This document shows, piece by piece, positions 1 to 14,629 of a DNA stretch of 64,000 bases. The notes under the pieces are model-generated. The model was not told the DNA's origin. It did no database searches and worked only from the letters and a program-made list of their open reading frames with translations. The translations under genes and the position numbers were made by a program. Source of the DNA: Paraspadella gotoi (Eukaryota > Animalia > Chaetognatha); contig CM119263.1 in assembly GCA_051294375.1 (NCBI GenBank), positions 1,137,756-1,201,755 on the forward strand, read 5' to 3'. Numbering within the stretch: the first letter of the stretch is position 1; each line of letters opens with the position of its first letter.

Positions 1-953
1 TTTGTTTGTCTTGAGCTTTTCATACAATTGAAACATATATGAAATATTATAGTACCTCATGAGGGAACCCAGAGATGGTGGAGTCGATAGCGGATAACGT
101 GAAGAGATGGATTTACAACTCTGATAGGAACCAGGTTGGAGTGAAAACAGCTGTGAAAGTCTTGATGAAGTGAGGCTCTGCTAAAGTCCATTATGTTTAT
201 TATGTTTACATTAAAAATGGTATTTCCTTTTTTAAATATTTAACAAATTTACTGGAAATCATCATTGTGCTTTAGGGCTTCGCTCCTCTCTAGCAGTTAA
301 AGCGGCTACAAACATTTTGGGCAAAATATTACGATCAATTGTGATTAAATTTAAGGGTTTTATTTTGACGAAAATAATTTATCAGGATCAATTTTGTGAA
401 TTTTTTTTGTGAAAAAAAACGATGAATGATCGAAGGTGATTCGATTTTTCACGAACGACCGACGACGACGATCGAATGATGATTGACGAAAAATGAAAAA
501 TCGGCCTCGAAATTTGGAAATGATACAAACGATGTTGGAGAGAGAGAGAGAGAAGAGAGAGAGAGAAGAGAGGAGAAGAGGAGAGAGAGGAGAAAAAGAA
601 GCAGAAAGACAGAGAGGAGGAAGGAAGGAAGGGAAGAAAGTAAAAGCACAGAAAGGGAGGAGAACAACAGAAATGGGAGACGGACAGGGAAAGAGGAGGA
701 AGAAAAAATTTTCACAGACACAGAAATGGAAACAAGGAAAAAAGAAGAGCTCAGACCGTCGCGCTCCTGGCCGGCGACGACGACGACGACCGACGATGGT
801 GACGGACGAAGGCGACGTCATTGGACGGACGTCGCGTGTAAATACGCGATGTTGGCGACAATTTTCGCTGAACGGTCATCGCACGTGATTCCTCAAATTT
901 GAGAGTAGAGGATGAACGCGGAAATAAGAGGTAAGGTTCTGGGGGAGGGGGGA

Positions 954-988
<35 letters not shown>

Positions 989-2714
989 GAGAGAAGGAGA
1001 GAGGAGAGAAAAATACAGCAGAGAGAGATTAGTATGAGAGAGAGAGAAGAGAGCGAGAAAGAGAAAACAGAAAGAGACAGAGAGACGAACAGCGAGAGAG
1101 AACAAAGAAAGAAAGAAATAGAGAGAAATCGAAGTTTTCTTTCTCGTAACTGCCGAAAAATTCGACTTCGTCAAAAACGTGGAACCCTTTCCATGGACCC
1201 GATTCCGGGAAAGACGCACCATAAAATATGTTAATCGCAGGCGGGTGTAGTCTTGGAGATAGAGATGAAGTGAGAGTGAGAGAGAGGAGAGAGAACGAAG
1301 AGAGGAGAGAGAGAGAGAGACGAAGAGAGAGAAGAGAGAGAGAGAGAGAGACAAGAGATGAGAGAGAGAGAGAGAGAACGAGAACGAAAACAACACTAGA
1401 ATCTCCCGAGGACAGGCTGGCCTTTGCAATAATTGACTTCCTTTTCTTCTCTTTATGCCGACATATTTTTTTCTTTTTGTTCGATGCAGAACCGACAGAC
1501 CGACAGACCGAAAGAGAGAAATGGGTACAGATGAAGAAGGCAGATGGGAAAAAGAGATGGCCTTAATTGGGGAGGAGATGGTCAGAGATGGGGCAAATAA
1601 GAAATAGATAGCGTAAGAAAGATTGAGTAGAGAAGATTGATCTTGACTTTGATATTATGCTATAATTTAATACAAAAACACATTTAAATCACAGATCGTT
1701 AAGAGTGAGAGAGAGAGACGAGAGAGAGAGCGAGAGAGATGCGATGAGACGAGAGAGCGGAGTGAGCGAAGAGCGAGTAAGAGCGAGAGAGCGAGAGAGC
1801 GAGAGAGAGAGAGAGAGAGAGATAAGTGAGACTTGAAGCCAAACGTCATATCTTTATAAGCTTTATTTCAATTGTTCGACCTACTCTGATGTCTGTTATT
1901 GTGTTAATATTGTTACTGTTGTTGTACACAGAATCGTCAGCGAACTATTAAACCTGCAGCTAAAAAAGATCTCGAAATTAATAAAATTCTTTAATCTGGT
2001 TTCGTGGATTGGATTTCCGTCTCTCTTGACCTCGAGGGAATGACCATCGCACAGATTTTTAGATTGAGATGACTTATCAATTGATATCAGTTTTCTTGAG
2101 GAAAGTCACTTTTATATTTTTAAATTTATTTTTTGGAATGATTTTAAATTAATTATGTTTCCCAAGTTTGATAATCTCAAGTTTTAAAGAAGAGAGTCCC
2201 GTCGGTCAGTAGCAGCAAAGCGATGAGTCGGAGATACCGAGATCCGTTGAGCAATAAAAAACGTTGTCCGTATGTCGTTCCTAAGGTCGGAGGCACATTC
2301 AGACAACGTGGAGGATGAGTGGGACGAGAGAAGTGAGTTCATGGCCGTTTTTGACATTTGCTGTATTTTGCATTTGATTTAAAAAAACAAAACAAGGCTC
2401 AACACGAATGAAACAAAACACAATAGAAAAAAAAAGGTTTTTTATTGACTTTTTAGACTTCTAATGAGTCCAAATGAGAAGATAATATTTCCGCGGTGAC
2501 GGAAAGTCTCAAGTAAACGCGGTAAGGTAGTAATTACTTACTTAGTAATGAGGAACAGTAATAAGCTTAATAAGGTGGTGTAATAAAAATATTGAGTCGA
2601 TCGAATCCATTATTTTTTTGGCTGCCTTTGTAATATACTAACTAACAAAATTTGAAATCTTTTAAATACGTTTGGATTTGCCATAACAATAGCAAAAAGT
2701 AACGATTATGGATG

Positions 2715-5700
2715 ATGCACAAAAAGGTTCCCCGGTTAGTTTCCGGACCTTAACAAAATAGGTATCATCTCTCTATGAGTTTTTTATAAATTACAATATT
2801 AAAATAGCCTAATTATAAAATCAATACAAGTAGAATAAAAAAAAGTTAAAAATGGTTTAAATTTTTTTAAAAATGAAAAATATCAATGCATCATCCATAA
2901 TCTATGAACAATTTTTCTTTCGTTTGAGGTCATTAACCATTATTCTATTTTTAATAGTTTATTTGTAATAAAAGTTTTCTCTTTTAAAAATATTATTTTA
3001 GATTTGGTTTCAAATAATGTTAAATTTAAAAAATTTAACTATGGCAAATGAATTGAAGAAAAAATTTCATATCTATAAGGGACTTAACCTACCTAATATA
3101 GGGCCTTCAAATACATATATAGTAAGCTTTTATTATGATGATGTTTTGACATAGAAAATAAATAATTTTATAAAATTAAATATATTGAAAAAAATTTTAA
3201 CTTTGAAATTTTTCTTGAGCAAATAATAAACATCAATTATTAATTAATTGTTTCATGATGCTTTTAAATAGCACTGGTCAGTTGTATCATTCCAATTATA
3301 AATATTTATAAGCTTTTTTTTATTTTTAATAATATGGACTGCTCATATTTACTTACTTTTGAAAAATCCAAAAATACTGGGTATTAAAATCATGTATGGA
3401 AACAGACGAAAACTTTTTTTTTAAATCATGACCTATTTTAATGTTTAAACTGATATAATATTAATATCCTTGGACAAAATTTAAAAAGTTTTAAACAATC
3501 CCAACTAGAACATTTTTAAGGTTGTTCCAAATGTATAAATATTTGATATTGGACAGCTTCGTAGGTTTTAACTTAATTCAGTAGCCTCCTTTAATAATGA
3601 CAAAAGCAGTATATTTAACAGGTTTTTTTATTGTGAGTGGGGCATCAAAGTTCTAATACATATTAACATCAGTATATTGTTAAGTAAAGTTAATTTCTTT
3701 AATTTTTGAAAACATTTTACTTTCTGTTTCTATAATTTTTTTGACCACGCAAAACATTCTTTGAAATTTACGCGAAAGAGATGTAAAATAATTAAATAGA
3801 TGAGTACCAATAGTTAGCAGTTATGATCTAGAATAGATGAAAAACAAAAACCTTGTTTAAAAATTTGATCGGGAAGTGGGGGTAACTAAGGGCTTACCAA
3901 CCGGTTCCTCATGGCTGATCGTTCTCTCAATAATTTTCTTTAATTTAATACATTTGGAAAGGCGAAAAAAAAGAAAAATTCAGAATGCAGGTGGCAAGGG
4001 TAAAGCTCGCGTCACCGTACGGAAAAGAGTCATCGTCACAACAGACATGAACACGATCGTACATAGTACTCATAATGACCTTTTTATGTCTTGCGTAGTG
4101 GCGGCCAGTTAAAGAAAACCTTAAAAAATGCAATCATTAAACGTCAAGTTCAGATGAACCCTCTTTCGCGAACTTTTTTTTTCTTAATTAAAAATGGATG
4201 ATAAATAATAAAATTAAAATTCCCTTATATAAAGTTGTTATAATTTAGACAAGAAAAAATTAAGCACATTAAAATTTCAACTCACAATGATGTCTTGTTT
4301 GTTCAAATATGTCAGCAGTTAAGTACATTTTTTAAAATTTATTATGATAAACAAGCAGTATATCAACTTTTTCCTTTGCAGTTGAAGATAATGAAAAAAT
4401 GATTTATTTTTTTTTTCACAGACAAGAAGGTAGACGTTCCAGGACTGTTATACCAAGCTGAAAAACATTTATTATTTATCATTTTTCATATTTAAAAAAA
4501 ACCTTATATCAAGCTACTACAAATTTTTGCTTTGTTTTTTACTTTTAACTAAAAACAAAAAATACAAGCAAATTTATAAAGGTAGAAAAAAATTTCTAAT
4601 GATAATTAAATGTAATTTCAGACTTTCTCTTTCAATTTACAAAAGAAAAACAAAATTCATATGTCTTCATTGAAATTTGGTAAATGCAAAAAACTGTTAT
4701 ACTTTTAAACTTCGTATTTAAATAAAAACTGTGGTAAAGATTTATGGATAAAATTAACCAAAACTGTTCTTAGATGTGTCCCATTGATTTAGGGCTTTAA
4801 TTTGATACACACACCCGTCGCACACCATTGCTCCCCCATCTTTTTTTTCAAAGATATTCAAAAAATAACTTTTTTTATACTTTTTTTTGGCATCTGGCAG
4901 TTTTTTAAACAACCGAACTTTTTGGCCTCACTCATAAAAATGTCTAGTTTGGAAACTGTTTAAAACTTTAAATTTTGTCCAAGGATGACTAATAAATATC
5001 AACTCCACAAATATTAAAATAGCATCTTGGTTTAAAAAATAGTTTTCGTCTGTTTCATACATAATTTTTATATCAGCTAATTTTTAGATTTTGCTCACAA
5101 AGTTAAGTTAAATATAGCAGTCAGTTATTACAAAAAAAAAGAAGTTAATTCCAAATTAATTATAATTGAAAAGGGATACAACTGACCAAGTAGCTGATAA
5201 AAGCATCAATGAAACAATTAATTAAAATTAATCGTTCATCTAATGCTAAAAAAAATTCAAAGTATAAATTTTTTTCAATATTATTTAATTTTTAAATTAT
5301 GTATTGTTCCCATATAAAACATTAATCATAATATAACTTACTATATATGTATTGAAAGCCTTATATTAGGTAGTAACGGTCCCTTTATAATATAAAACTT
5401 TCTTTCAATGATTGGCATAGTTTATAATTTTTTTAATTTAAATTACTGAAAAAAAAATTAAATATATATTTAATTAAAGAAAAATTTATACAAATAACTA
5501 TTAAAAGATAGAATAATGGTTATGGAACTCAAACGAAGAAAAATTGTTCATAGGGGGAATTTATGGATGATGCATGATATTTTTATTTTTAAAAAAATTG
5601 AAACCATTTTTTATATGTCTTTTTATTATTCTACTTATATTGATTTTATATAGTAATTTAATATTAATTTATAAAACTGCATTAGGAAAATTTGAATTAC

Positions 5701-5750
5701 CCTTTTTTTTGTGTAACCAAAAGGTCCGGAAACGTATCCCGGGACATTCT
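2715..5750. mobile_element. Foldback-like element with ~0.8-kb diverged inverted arms (about 2715-3520 and 4935-5750) and ~1.4-kb spacer
   Basis: Collinear reverse-complement matches, e.g. tttccggacc/ggtccggaaa, tgcatcatccataa..ctatgaacaattttt/aaaaattgttcatag..ttatggatgatgca, tccttggacaaaatttaaaa/ttttaaattttgtccaagga. Confidence 0.7.
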
Positions 5751-7727
5751 CAATTCTTGGCACTCCATGCCGATTAAAATCGATGTAAAAGAACCGTGAA
5801 AAATGCTATTTTCTCTGTAGTAATATCCTTATAAATCATTAAAATTTCAAAATGGATACAATGATCACAGATTCGGATTCACTGGTAAAAAAAACTTTTT
5901 GTAAAAATATATTATATAATATTTTAAATATTTTAGAACAAAAAAAAAGATTACAAACTTTTAAATTTTAAATATAAAATATTTTATTTTACTATACTGT
6001 TTCTCCAATTATATGAGAAAATATTTTAATAATCGTTATCATGCTATCTCACATCTAATCATCCTTGTTCGGTCACTCAAATATTTTTTTTATTCTTGAG
6101 AGGGCACCACTCTACTGCTTAATGCTTATTCAGAATGAGATCGGCCCAAGTAGCGCTGATCAAGAAAAAGATGAATAAATGAAATACGTAACTTTGTTTT
6201 CTTCCTACAAACTTCGTCCATGAATGAATGATTGTACCTATGTACAAAAAAGTAGTAAATACTTGTAAAAATAGTTTTCATGGCTTTAAATTTTAAAAAA
6301 GTAACTATGAAAAAAATTTAGCGTCGCTTTTTCTCCTGAGCAACAGATTTATTCGGCAAACGTGAACACTTTGTGAGAAAAATAAATAAATAAAACAATT
6401 AAAATAAGTTTTATTTCGTTGTTGTCGTCATTTTTTAGTCGGTTTCAGGTCCGCTGATGTTTTCCCATCGTCTAAATGAGCCCTAATCGCGATTTCGCGC
6501 AAGGGGTTAGTCCTAGTTCATTACCCTAACATTATGATAACCAAATGTCCACGCGACGACAAATAATGTTAAAAAATTACCTTCACTTATCGCTATTTCT
6601 TTTCGATTTCCATGAGGGTCAGACAAGAGGGCAGTTCGATTTTACATTAAAAATATTATTAAAGTTTCATCGAAAAATTAGTATTGTTTTTCAATCTATG
6701 AATGTGACTTCCATCTTTTTAAACATTTCCAAATTAAAATCTTTGAAGTTTTTCTCTCAATAACCTGACATAGCTTTCATATCATTCGGGACGCCTTGCA
6801 TCGAGCAATGCCAACTGCCCAGTTTTATCCCACTCCATTCCAAGTTCCGATGTTACACGCACGCACGCACGCTCGCACGCTCGCACGCTCCCAACGCACG
6901 GCCTGGAAAAATTTCGTTGTGACGATCGCTATCGATCTGCACCAACGGAAAGATCTATTTCTCTGCTCTCGATACTTTCATTCTCTCTCTCTCTTCCTCT
7001 TTTTTCTCATTTGTCCATGAAGATGATTTGTCTCACGAATCGAATATTTGTCATCAAAGAAAGGACTTGCACCCTTATGTATCGAATGTATAAGTTTTAT
7101 TTTCTCCCTTATTTTTTATATAATTAAAATACAAACCCCCAAAGTTCATTGGTCGTTAATTCCCCCCCTTGACCTTTTATATCTTTAGCTTCATCACTTT
7201 TTTTCCTTTAAACGAAAAATGTAAACAAGACAAAGAGTTGACCTCTGAAACTCCGTCATCAAAAATGCAAGAATCAGATGAGAAAAAGAAAAAAAGCTTT
7301 TTAGAGAAAAGGAAAGGAGCAAAAGCTCAGACGGTGGAAAAAAAGGAAAGAAAGGAAAAGAAAGAAAGAGGAAAGAAAGGAAAGGAAAGAAAAGGAAAGG
7401 AAGCAAGCTCAGACGGTGGTTGTTGAAAAAGTGGTCGTCGGTCTTGTCGTCGTCGTCATCGTCGTTCGTCGTCGTCGTCATCGTCGTTGTCATCGTCGTC
7501 GTCGTTTTCATCCTCTTAATCTTCGTCTTTGTCGTGCACCAAGCTTGAGACTCAAATTGATATAATAATTTAATATATAATGTATTTAAAAAAGGTTATA
7601 ACTTCGGTTTTTTTGAATTAATTCCAAAACTTAAATATTAATCACTACTAAGATAAACTAGCGCGGCAAGAAAGAGAGAGAGGAAGGAGAGAGAAGAGGA
7701 GAGAGAGAGAGAGAGAGAGAGAGGAGA

Positions 7728-7758
<31 letters not shown>

Positions 7759-8662
7759 TCAATCTTTGTTCTTTTAACCTCGAGGTAAAAAAAAAGAGGC
7801 TTCCCGCCCACCTAGCGGCTAATCGAAGAACGCGAGAGGACGATAGAAAAAAGGAAAGACCGAAATGACAAAGTGTCAAGAAGAGTGTCAAAATGACAAA
7901 GTGTCAAAACGACTAAGTGACAAGATGACAACAACGTCACAAATACGAAGAATTAACGTTTAAATAATTAAATTATAAATGGCAAAAGTTTCTTGATTGA
8001 TTAATAATAGATAAATGATGAATACATTTTAACTTGTTACTTCTTAATATTAAAATTAAATCGAATCAGAACAAGTATTAATTTTCTACTAAAAGTCAAA
8101 GTAAGTTTTTCTCTTCAGAGCCACATATGAAATAAAACAGTACATTTTATAATTCTTACAAAGTGGAGTCGTTAACAGGGATGACGACGACGACGAAGAA
8201 ATTAATTTATAAAAATCTGTTTCTCCTCAGACGATCGATTGACAAAAATAGAAAGAAAAGAAAAGTAAAGTAAAGTAAAGTAAAGTAAAGTAAAGTAAAG
8301 TAAAGTAAAGTAAAGTAAAGTAAAGAAAAGAAAAGAAAAGAAAAGAAAAGAAGCTCCCAGTACGATAATTCTTCGTCGTCCTTCACGTCTCTCTCCCCAT
8401 TGACGAATCCGCCCACGCTTCTCTTCTCCTCGCCCAGGACGCGTGGTTGTCTCTCTCGTGTCCACAACCCACGGTTTCCACCTTTTGCCCACAACCCACA
8501 CCCCTACAAGTATTACGCCGCTCAAAAACCTGCTGTAAGAACGGGCTATAAGGGGACAGTTTTCACAGCACTCTACAACTCTTCAGAAGAACTGCTTATT
8601 TTCTAACCACTACGGTGAATCCACGCCACGATTTATGGTGGATTGAAGCTCATTATCAACTG

Positions 8663-8729
<67 letters not shown>

Positions 8730-10096
8730 CTTTTCTCAGCCCCAGCCACCAACTCGATCGTCAACAGTCGAGCAGATGGAAGAGAAAAAACTTATCTTTC
8801 ATCTTTGGACTCGAGTTCAGATTTTTAATGAGAAGATTTTTTTTAAAGAGTTGTTTTTCTTTTTTAATAATATTTTTTAGAAGGCTTATAATGGTTGTAG
8901 CAATTTCATAACACTCAGTATTATGATGCTGTAGTGTGCAGTAACATATAGTATTCCCTGTTCTGATACTTAAGGGAGTGGTCATTTTACACTAACATTA
9001 TAGCACATTATTGATAGGAAAGCCAGGTATTTTGAAAGCAAATAAACTAGACTGTGAGAGAGTCTTCATTTAAGAGCCCATAACACACGATAGCAGCTGT
9101 AGCGAGTGTAGCTTGTCCAAAGTCTAAGATAGCTTAGTTATTGAATGAATGGATAATTTTTACAAGGGTTGTACCAATTTTAGAGAGACAAAGATTCTTT
9201 TCTTCAAGTTGTCATTTCCTTCGCTCTGTTTACTTTTATCTTTACGAACGAAATCACATAAAATCCTCATGAATGATTTTCCTTTTTTTTCCTTTTTTCT
9301 TTTCTTTCCTCCACATGAATGATTTCCTCCTTTCGTTTCCTTCATCTTCCGAGAGAAAACGAGGAAATATAATGTGAAGGAAACATCGAAAACCTTTATA
9401 TTTCTTTTCCTTTTCTTTTTCTCTTTTTCTCTTCTTTTTCTCTTTTTCTCTTTTTCTCTTTTTCTCTTTTTCTCTTTTTCTCTTTTTCTCTTTCTCTCTT
9501 TTTCTCTTTTTCTCTTTTTCTCTTTTTCTTTCTTCTTCGTAACGATATTTTTCCAGTTTCATTTGATGATTGTACCAGGTGACCATTAAAAAGCTGCCCC
9601 TCGAAAAAATTCACCAAAATAAAATGTGAAGATATTTTATTTCATTTCATTTCATGATTGTATCTTTAGAACTTATTTCGTCTAATTTTAAATATCTAAT
9701 TGTCTATATAAATATTCCTAAATTCGAATTAATTCCAAAAAATGATATCGAAAATTGATTTTTCTGATTTTTCTCCTTGCCATAAAATAGATTTCTATTC
9801 TGTCTCACGCGAAGAATAAAAACGAGAATCCGATACGAAAAAAAAAAGATTTTCGATTTGAGATTGAGAGAAAAAAAAAGTGTGAGGATTGAAACGAATT
9901 GCGCGTCGGTCACCCGACGGTCGCCATCTTGGATCGGAACGACAAATGCGAAAACAAAAGACAAAACAAGAGGACAAAAACAAAACGAGTTGAAGGTTTC
10001 GGCGAAAAAAGATTGAAAAGGGAATAAAAGTTTAAAAGGCAGTGAAGCGGTTTGGTCGTTAACAGGAGATTTCGTTTGATGGCAAAACGGGTGAGA

Positions 10097-10330
10097 ATTT
10101 AGGGCACTATTTTCCAAAAGCGCCCAATATAATTTTTAACCTTATCCTAAACCCTAAAACTCTTTATCCCTAATTTCTGACCCAAATCCCTAATCTTAAA
10201 CCCTAATCCATAATCCTAATCCTTAACCTAATCTTTAATCTTAACCTTTTACTTAATCTTTAATTAAAAACTTTTATTTAATTCTAAATTTAAGATAAAA
10301 TTGGTCGTTTAGGGAAAATAAGGCCGAATT
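10097..10330. mobile_element. Short TIR element with internal degenerate CCCTAA telomere-like repeats
   Basis: Imperfect inverted ends gggcactattttcc / ggaaaataaggcc around (cct/ccc)taa repeats; related to 53270-53826. Confidence 0.55.
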
Positions 10331-10420
10331 TAGTTTGCTTTTTTTTCGTGAAAAGTAAGAAAACCGGAAAAGGTTTTCTTCACTATGAAGATGTATTTGC
10401 TTCTGTCGTTATTCAATCTG

Positions 10421-10486
<66 letters not shown>

Positions 10487-10749
10487 AAAGTTGACTTACC
10501 TGATCCCATCAACAGGTGAGGCAAAAAAGAAGAGAAAAGCAAAAAAAAAGAGTTGATGAATTATGTAAAAAAAGCAAGTCCCAAAAAAAAAGCAAAGTCC
10601 CATAAAAAGTTAGGAATTAGGAATAAAGTCTCGTGACGACCCGAGGAGGTTGGTTATCGCAAACAACCACCAGGACGACGATAACAAAGCCTAATGATGT
10701 TTACACGTTACATAAATGTAAGACGCGGAAAGGGCAAAACCTTTTTCGT

Positions 10750-12798
10750 CGTTGTCGTTGTTGTTGCAAACAACAAAAAATATTATTTCCCCAAAATGTA
10801 TATCGCAAAGGACAGCTTCTGGCCCATACCACCTGGTAGGTGCGACTGTGCCTTATTAGACGTTCATCGGTGGATAATCCTTAGATAGCTTAGTTTCGGC
10901 GATCAAATCGTATCCTATCGGGATTGGTCAAAGTTATAGTGTTCGGTTACTTGTCGGTATCCTAATGGCATTGTCATAATAGTGTCGGTTTACTGTCGTA
11001 TCGTGTCGGCTATCGCGTCAGGATCTCACCAATTTAAACGTTTTTCTGTCGCATCTGGTGGAGTGTTTTTTAAAAGGTGGCGCTATAAAAAAATCGATAA
11101 AGAAATTATTTTCTTGAGTTAACGAGAGCAGTAAGTGAAGGAGGAGAGAGAGAGGAGAGAGAGAGAGAGAGAGAAGAGAAGAGAGAGGAGAGAGAGAAGA
11201 GAGATACGAGAGAGAGACGAGAGAAGAGAAGCCGAGAGAGAGAGAGAGGAAGCACGAGAGAGAAGAGAGAAAGAGAGAAGAGAAGAGAGAGAGAGAAAGA
11301 GGAGAGAGAGAGAGAACGGGAAACCCCGCCCCCACTTTTATTTAAATTGTTGTTTAAAAAATTGGGAAGCCGGAAATAAACAGGGGAATTGCGGAGATAA
11401 AGGCGGGAAAAAAATATTGCAGGAAGAAAAAGGGAAAAAAAAATTGTTTTGCAAGAAAGAAATCTGGTTATCGGGATTCGGCAGTTGACAATTTTAAATT
11501 CGGAAGTGACAATTTATAATTCGTGAAGTGACCATTTATAATGAGCTTTTATTTCTTAAATCCGTTTTCCAAAAACGATAAAAAAAGCAGAGACATCGTG
11601 GGACTTTGCTGTGACCTGTTTAAATCGGCATTTAATGCGTTTCCAAGTCTTGTATCCTGGTCCTGAAAAAAAGTTGACAAAACATTATTATTATGAATAT
11701 TTCACCAACGAGACAAAAACTTTAAAAAAATTTGACGATAGAAGCGGAAAACTTCCAGAAATATCTTGGGTTCTGGACTTCTGGTGACCATTTCACAAAT
11801 TTAACGGATTAAATTGAAGTTCACTTATGGTTATGTATTCAGATACTTCTCAGTAGAGAGTGAAAGATTTGTGAAGACTTCTTTTCCTTTCATCCGTTGA
11901 ATCAGACTGTTTTTCCTTAGTTATGATGGCTTTCAAAAGCTTCAGACCTCTTCCCCTGCTCTCTCTCTCTCTCTCATCTTTCTCATTCTCTCTCTCTCTC
12001 TCTCTCTCCCTCTCCTCTCTCTCTCTCTCTCTCTATCTCTCATCCTCTCTATCCTCTCTCTCTCTCTTCCTCTCTCTCTAGCTTAGCCTGATCCATTAAT
12101 GGCGCCGTCGAGTCTTTTGGTACGGAATGACGTACGACGAACGACGACAAACGAACANNNNNNNNNNNNNNNNNNNNNNNNNGAGAGAGAGAGAGAGAGT
12201 CATGAAGCTTTTGAAAGCCATCATAACAAGGAAAAACAGTGATCAAGGATGAAAGGAAAAGAAGTCTTCACAATCTTTTCACTCTCTACTGAGTATCTGA
12301 ATACATAACCGACGAAGTGAACTTCAATTTAATCCAGTTAATCTGTGAAATGTCACCAGAAGTCCAGAACCCAAGATATTTCTGGAAGTTTTCCGCTTCT
12401 ATCGTCAATTTTTTTTAAAGTTTGTCTCGTTGTGAAATATTCTAAAATAATTTTGTCAACCTTTTTCAGGACCGAGAGATTACAATGACTTGGAACGCTT
12501 TAGATGCACGGTTTAAACAGGTCACAGCAAAGTCACCACGAAGTCTCTGCTCTTTTTTATCGTTTTTGAAAACGGATTTAGAATAAAACTCATTATAAAT
12601 GGTCACTTCACGAATTATAAATTGTCACTTCACGAATTTAAAATTGTCATCACGCACGATCCCGATAACCAGATTTTCTTTTCTTGCAAACAATTTTTTT
12701 TTCCCCTTTTTTTTTCCTGCATATTTTTTTTCCCGCCATTTATCTCCGCAATTCCCTGATTTATTCTCCGCTTCCATTTAACATTTAAAATAGGCCGC

Positions 12799-12850
<52 letters not shown>

Positions 12851-12893
12851 TCTCTCTCTCTCTTTCTCTCTCCTCTCTCTCTCGTCTCTCTTC

Positions 12894-12950
<57 letters not shown>

Positions 12951-13330
12951 TTCCCTTACTGCTCTGCGTTTAACTCAAGAAATAATTTTCTTTATCGATT
13001 TTTTATAGCGCCACCTTTTAAAAACACTCCACCAGATGGCGACAGAAAAACGTTTAAATTGTGTGAGATCCTGACGCGATAGCGACACGATACCGACAAG
13101 TAACCGACACTATTATGACAATGCCATTAGGATACCGACAAGTAACCGACACTATACTGACAATCCCGATAGGATACCGATTTGATCCCGAAAACTAAGC
13201 TATCTAAGTTATCCAACACGATGAAAGTCTAATAAGGGCACCAGTCGGCACCTACCAGGCTGGTATGGGCCAAGAGTGTCCTTGCGATATATACATTTGG
13301 GAAAAAATAATTTCTTTGTTGTTGTTTTTT
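10750..13330. repeat. Large inverted repeat with ~1.2-kb arms centred near a 25-N gap
   Basis: About 10750-11990 is the reverse complement of about 12183-13330, differing mostly by small indels. Confidence 0.9.
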
Positions 13331-13481
13331 TTGTTGTTTGTTTTTTTTTCTATTCAACGCAAGAAATTGAGGAAATAATCTCAGTCTTGCCCCAAAAATG
13401 GCCTGAAAAACATGGGGAAAAAACAAATGGAGAAATCTCAGAAAAGATCATAAATCGAAGAAGAGTAAACATAAACATTAG

Positions 13482-13516
<35 letters not shown>

Positions 13517-13563
13517 AGATGAGAGAGAGAGGAGAGAGAGAGAGAGAGAGAGAGAGACGAGAG

Positions 13564-13612
<49 letters not shown>

Positions 13613-14579
13613 AGAGAGAGAGAGAGAAATTGAAATTAAAATATTGAAAGCAAAAGTTAGCTTAAGGACAGTGTTTTAAACTGCCTTTAAAAGCTACTTT
13701 TTGAAAAATTATTACTCATTCATATAATAACAATAAAGATGAGGAGAAGAGAGAGGAGAGATAGAGAGAGAGACGAGAGATGAGAGAGATAGAGAAGAGG
13801 AGAGAGAGAGAGAGAGGGAGAAGAGAGAGAGAGTTATGGTACTAAGGTGGACAGGGAAGAAGAGGAGAGGGATGAGGAAAAGAGGAAAATGTGATCAAAA
13901 TAAAAGTGAAAATAAAAAAAAAGTTAAAAAAAGATTCATCTGGAGGAAATTGACCAAATGGTTTTGCCTCTCTTGGCCTGATATAAAGAATAGGAGTATC
14001 AAGCCACCAAAAACCAAAATCGGATCAGAGACTCGGGCGATCGCTGCAGGCATGGAATCGTCGGCTCCTGATTGCGTACCCCTTGGAACCAGCCTGGACC
14101 AATCAGCTTGCAAGAACAATCGAATTGAATTGAGAGAAAAGTTAAACTTAATCAAGATAAAAATGGAGAAATTTCAAATGGATATAAAATGGAAAAAGGA
14201 CGTTTATATTTGTATTAGAGAAAAGTTATATTAAATGAGTTACCTTATTGTATCATTCAACTCGCGCAAATATCAGGGAAGTCTAATGATATATTACCCT
14301 TTCCCATTCTTAGAATTCACTTCAAATAATAAAATACAAAAGGGGCTCCCACCTTATACCACAACACAATCAAAAAAAAGGATTTCATTCGTAATGACGA
14401 AACGAAAAAAACCATTACGAAAAAACCGCGGGCGTTCAGTCGAGCTTTTCTAAGAAAAGCTGCAACCAGTTTGGAGGAAATATATTTTCTTTCGCAATCC
14501 GTTTCTTTCTCTCGCAGTCGCGAATCCGTTGGGTTTTTTCCATCGGTTCCCAATTATTCAACGCTATCTCTGTCTCTGT

Positions 14580-14629
<50 letters not shown>

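Noticed and set aside
4800-4825. SSU rRNA-like motif (tacacacacccgtcgc)
   Set aside because: Short imperfect match with no flanking rRNA sequence
8355-8530. Next SGSM exon (RWKP..FVNGERDVKDDEELSYWE vaguely like KWTPNQLMNG..YWD)
   Set aside because: The motifs are in different frames, similarity is weak and no donor follows
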